From an uncultured Pelagibacteraceae bacterium (GTDB taxonomy: Bacteria; Pseudomonadota; Alphaproteobacteria; Pelagibacterales; Pelagibacteraceae): a stretch of DNA of 64,000 bases. Position 1 is the first letter of the stretch. Each line of letters begins with the position of its first letter. A program made the translations under genes and the position numbers. The notes beneath the pieces were generated by a model. That model searched no databases. It saw only the letters and a list, made by a program, of their open reading frames with translations, and was not told the DNA's origin. The DNA lies in contig CACLEQ010000001.1 in NCBI GenBank assembly GCA_902605995.1, positions 5,751 to 69,750 on the forward strand, given 5' to 3'. Of this stretch, positions 61,086 to 64,000 are shown piece by piece.

Positions 61086-63959
61086 TTATTCAAAAACTTT
61101 TTTAACAATTTCTTGTTGCTGAGAAATATGTCTTTTTGCATACCCTGTTGCGGGTGATGCATCAGGACTTCTTCCTATATAAGAAACTTTATTATTACTA
61201 GCCTTTATACTATCCAATGTCCATTGGATATAATCCCTTACTGAAAACCATGCGCCCATGTTTTTAGGTTCTTCCTGACACCAGTAAAATTTAGCTTTTT
61301 TAGCATAAGGTTTAAGTTCTTTAACAAGACTTTTTGCGGGGAAAGGATAAAGTTGCTCAATTCTGTAAAATACCACATTGTCTTTTTTTAGTTTTTCCCT
61401 GGCTTCAAGTAAATCAAAATATATTTTACCAGAACATAGAATCACTTTTTTTATTTTATTTGGTTCTTTTAATTTAATAAAACCTTTACTTTTTGGGTCT
61501 ATAGCATGATCCCATAAAACTCTATGAAATGAACTTTTTCTCTTAAATTCTTCTAAGTTAGAAACACAATTCTTATGTCTTAATAAAGATTTTGGAGTCA
61601 TTATTATTAAAGGTTTTCTAAAATCTCTATGCATTTGTCTTCTTAAAGCATGAAAGTAATTAGCTGGAGTTGTACAATTCATTACTTGCATATTATCATT
61701 TGAACATAATTGCAAAAATCTTTCTAATCTTGCAGAAGAATGTTCCGGTCCTTGACCTTCATATCCATGGGGTAATAACATTGTCAAACCTGAAGCTCTT
61801 GACCATTTTCTTTCTCCTGATGCAATAAATTGGTCTATTACTACTTGAGCACCATTAGCAAAATCACCAAATTGAGCTTCCCATATAGTAAGAGTATTAG
61901 GTTCAACTAAACTATAACCATATTCAAATCCTAAGACTGCTAATTCAGACAAAAAACTATCAACTATTTCAAAATTTTTTTGATTTTTTGAAATATTATT
62001 GAGAGGTATATATCTTGAGTTATCTAATTGATCTCTTAATACAGAATGCCTTTGACTAAATGTTCCTCTGCCAGAATCTTGTCCAACAAGTCTCACTGGA
62101 TAACCCTCTTCAAGTAATGACCCGAAGGCTAATGCTTCTGCAGTTGACCAATCAAGTCCTTTTTCATTATTAACAGCTTTTTTTCTATTTTCTAATATTT
62201 TAGTAATAGTTTTATGAATATTAACCTCTTGAGGTATTGAATTTAGTTTATTTGAAATCTCTTTAAGTTTTTTAGTATCATAGCCTGTAACTCCCCTTTT
62301 ATCTTTTCCTTTTTCAGGTTTATACCTAGACCAAGTGCCCTCAAACCACTCAATTTTTGGTTTATAATCTTTTGCATTTTTAAATTGCTCATCTAATAAA
62401 TCTTTGAATTTCTTTATAGAACTATTTAAATAATCGTTTGAAATTGAGCCTTCATTTACTAAATTTTGACCATAAACTTTTATTGGGGATGGATGAGATC
62501 TTATTTTTTTATACATTAGTGGTTGAGTAAATGAGGGTTCGTCTCCTTCATTATGACCAAATCTTCTGTAGCAAATTAAATCTATCAATACGTCTCTATT
62601 AAATTTTAATCTAAAATCTGTTGCTATCCTCGCGGCGTATACGACTGCTTCGGGATCATCACCGTTTACATGAATAATTGGTGCTTCAACCATTTTCGCG
62701 ATATCAGATGGGTAAGGGGAAGATCTTGCAAACCTAGGGCTGGTTGTAAAACCTATTTGGTTATTAATTATAATGTGAATTGTTCCACCAGTGTTATGGC
62801 CAGGAAGACCTGACATTGCAAAACATTCTGCTACAACTCCTTGTCCTGCAAAAGCTGCATCACCATGAATTAATATTGGAATGACTTTATTTCGTTCTTT
62901 ATCTTTATGGAAAAATTGTTTAGCTCTTGTTTGTCCAAGGACAACTGGATTTACAGCCTCTAAATGAGAAGGGTTATCCGTTAAACCTACATGCACTAAA
63001 TTTCCATCAAAATCTCTATTTGAAGAGGCTCCTAAGTGATATTTTACATCTCCAGTATCATCCTTTGATTTAGAACTTATTTCACCAGCGAATTCATTAA
63101 ATATTCTTTTGTAAGATTTTTGTAAAACATTTGCTAATACATTTAGTCTTCCTCTATGTGACATTCCAATTTTAACTTCTTTCACTTTTGATTGACCACC
63201 TATTTTAATAATTTGTTCAAGAGCAGGGATTAAACTTTCAGCACCATCAAGACCAAATCTTTTAGTTCCTACATATTTGGTATGTAAAAATTTTTCAAAA
63301 CCTTCTGCCTGAATAAGTTTATTAAGAATTGCCTCTTTACCATTTTGAGTAAATTTAAAATCATCAGTTTTTTCAACTCTATCTCTAAACCATTTTCTCT
63401 CTGTTGGGTTAGATATATGCATATATTCGTAACCTAATGAGCCACAATATTTATCTCTTAAAAATTTTAGTATCTCTCTAATATTTGAATGTTTTTTATT
63501 AATTACTCCATCTAAAAATATTTTCTTTTCATAATCATCTTTCTTGAATCCATATGACTCTGGATGCAACTCTTCTAAATATTCTGATTTCATAAGTCCT
63601 AATGGATCTAACTTAGCTATTAAATGTCCTCTTTGACGATAGGACCTAATCAGAGCTACAGCTTTTATTGAATTTGCATTTGACTCAATAGCTTCTGACT
63701 CATTTGATTGTCCATTGTCAATATTTTGGTTTAAAGATCTATTAATTGAAACTTTTTCAGATGGACTCCATGATGGGCCATTAATTTCATTTATAATGTC
63801 ATCAAATTCATCTCCAATCTCACTAAAATATTTTTTCCAACTATCTGGTAAGGCAGGATCGTTATTAACAAATTTTACATACATCTCCTCAATAAAGGCA
63901 TTATTGGATTTACTCAAAAAAGCAGTTTTTTTGTAATCAAGATTTTTAGATGAAGACAT
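61086..63959 (-). CDS. sucA: 2-oxoglutarate dehydrogenase E1
   Basis: KRFGL.G, GMSHRGRLN, GDVKYHLG, HGDAAF.GQG, WEAQFGDF, GPEHSSAR. Confidence 0.98.
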   Translation of the reverse strand: MSSSKNLDYKKTAFLSKSNNAFIEEMYVKFVNNDPALPDSWKKYFSEIGDEFDDIINEINGPSWSPSEKVSINRSLNQNIDNGQSNESEAIESNANSIKAVALIRSYRQRGHLIAKLDPLGLMKSEYLEELHPESYGFKKDDYEKKIFLDGVINKKHSNIREILKFLRDKYCGSLGYEYMHISNPTERKWFRDRVEKTDDFKFTQNGKEAILNKLIQAEGFEKFLHTKYVGTKRFGLDGAESLIPALEQIIKIGGQSKVKEVKIGMSHRGRLNVLANVLQKSYKRIFNEFAGEISSKSKDDTGDVKYHLGASSNRDFDGNLVHVGLTDNPSHLEAVNPVVLGQTRAKQFFHKDKERNKVIPILIHGDAAFAGQGVVAECFAMSGLPGHNTGGTIHIIINNQIGFTTSPRFARSSPYPSDIAKMVEAPIIHVNGDDPEAVVYAARIATDFRLKFNRDVLIDLICYRRFGHNEGDEPSFTQPLMYKKIRSHPSPIKVYGQNLVNEGSISNDYLNSSIKKFKDLLDEQFKNAKDYKPKIEWFEGTWSRYKPEKGKDKRGVTGYDTKKLKEISNKLNSIPQEVNIHKTITKILENRKKAVNNEKGLDWSTAEALAFGSLLEEGYPVRLVGQDSGRGTFSQRHSVLRDQLDNSRYIPLNNISKNQKNFEIVDSFLSELAVLGFEYGYSLVEPNTLTIWEAQFGDFANGAQVVIDQFIASGERKWSRASGLTMLLPHGYEGQGPEHSSARLERFLQLCSNDNMQVMNCTTPANYFHALRRQMHRDFRKPLIIMTPKSLLRHKNCVSNLEEFKRKSSFHRVLWDHAIDPKSKGFIKLKEPNKIKKVILCSGKIYFDLLEAREKLKKDNVVFYRIEQLYPFPAKSLVKELKPYAKKAKFYWCQEEPKNMGAWFSVRDYIQWTLDSIKASNNKVSYIGRSPDASPATGYAKRHISQQQEIVKKVFE

Positions 63960-64000
63960 TATTTATTGTTAATATAAACCTACAAATAAATTTTTCAATC

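Overview
AT-rich, densely packed alphaproteobacterial chromosomal segment. Gene content, synteny, tiny intergenic spacers and overlapping convergent genes point to Pelagibacterales (SAR11); this is an inference, not a database match. About 60 genes, almost all core: sucA-sucB-lpdA-priA, atpHAGDC, rplU-rpmA-obgE-proBA-nadD-rsfS-ctpA-rppH, metX-metW-gloB, hisC-tyrC, trkH-ampG-NlpC/P60, lysK-pyrD-rpmB, polA, chvI-chvG-ahcY-tsaE-amgK-murU, an RND pump, a purine-salvage pair, ptrB-hsp20 and cfa. I found no rRNA, tRNA, CRISPR array, integrase or transposase. Non-coding signals include a clear SAM-II riboswitch before metX, an RpoH promoter plus a ROSE-like thermometer before hsp20, two hairpins between convergent genes, and many apparently leaderless starts. 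The best candidates for something new are: (1) a four-gene polyamine operon (group IV decarboxylase, DHS-like enzyme, AguB, AguA) that may make homospermidine by agmatine coupling followed by deiminase/amidohydrolase steps; (2) an RND adaptor with no alpha-helical hairpin; (3) a GT9 lacking its catalytic Asp; (4) an uncharacterised protein with an extremely basic N-terminal tail.
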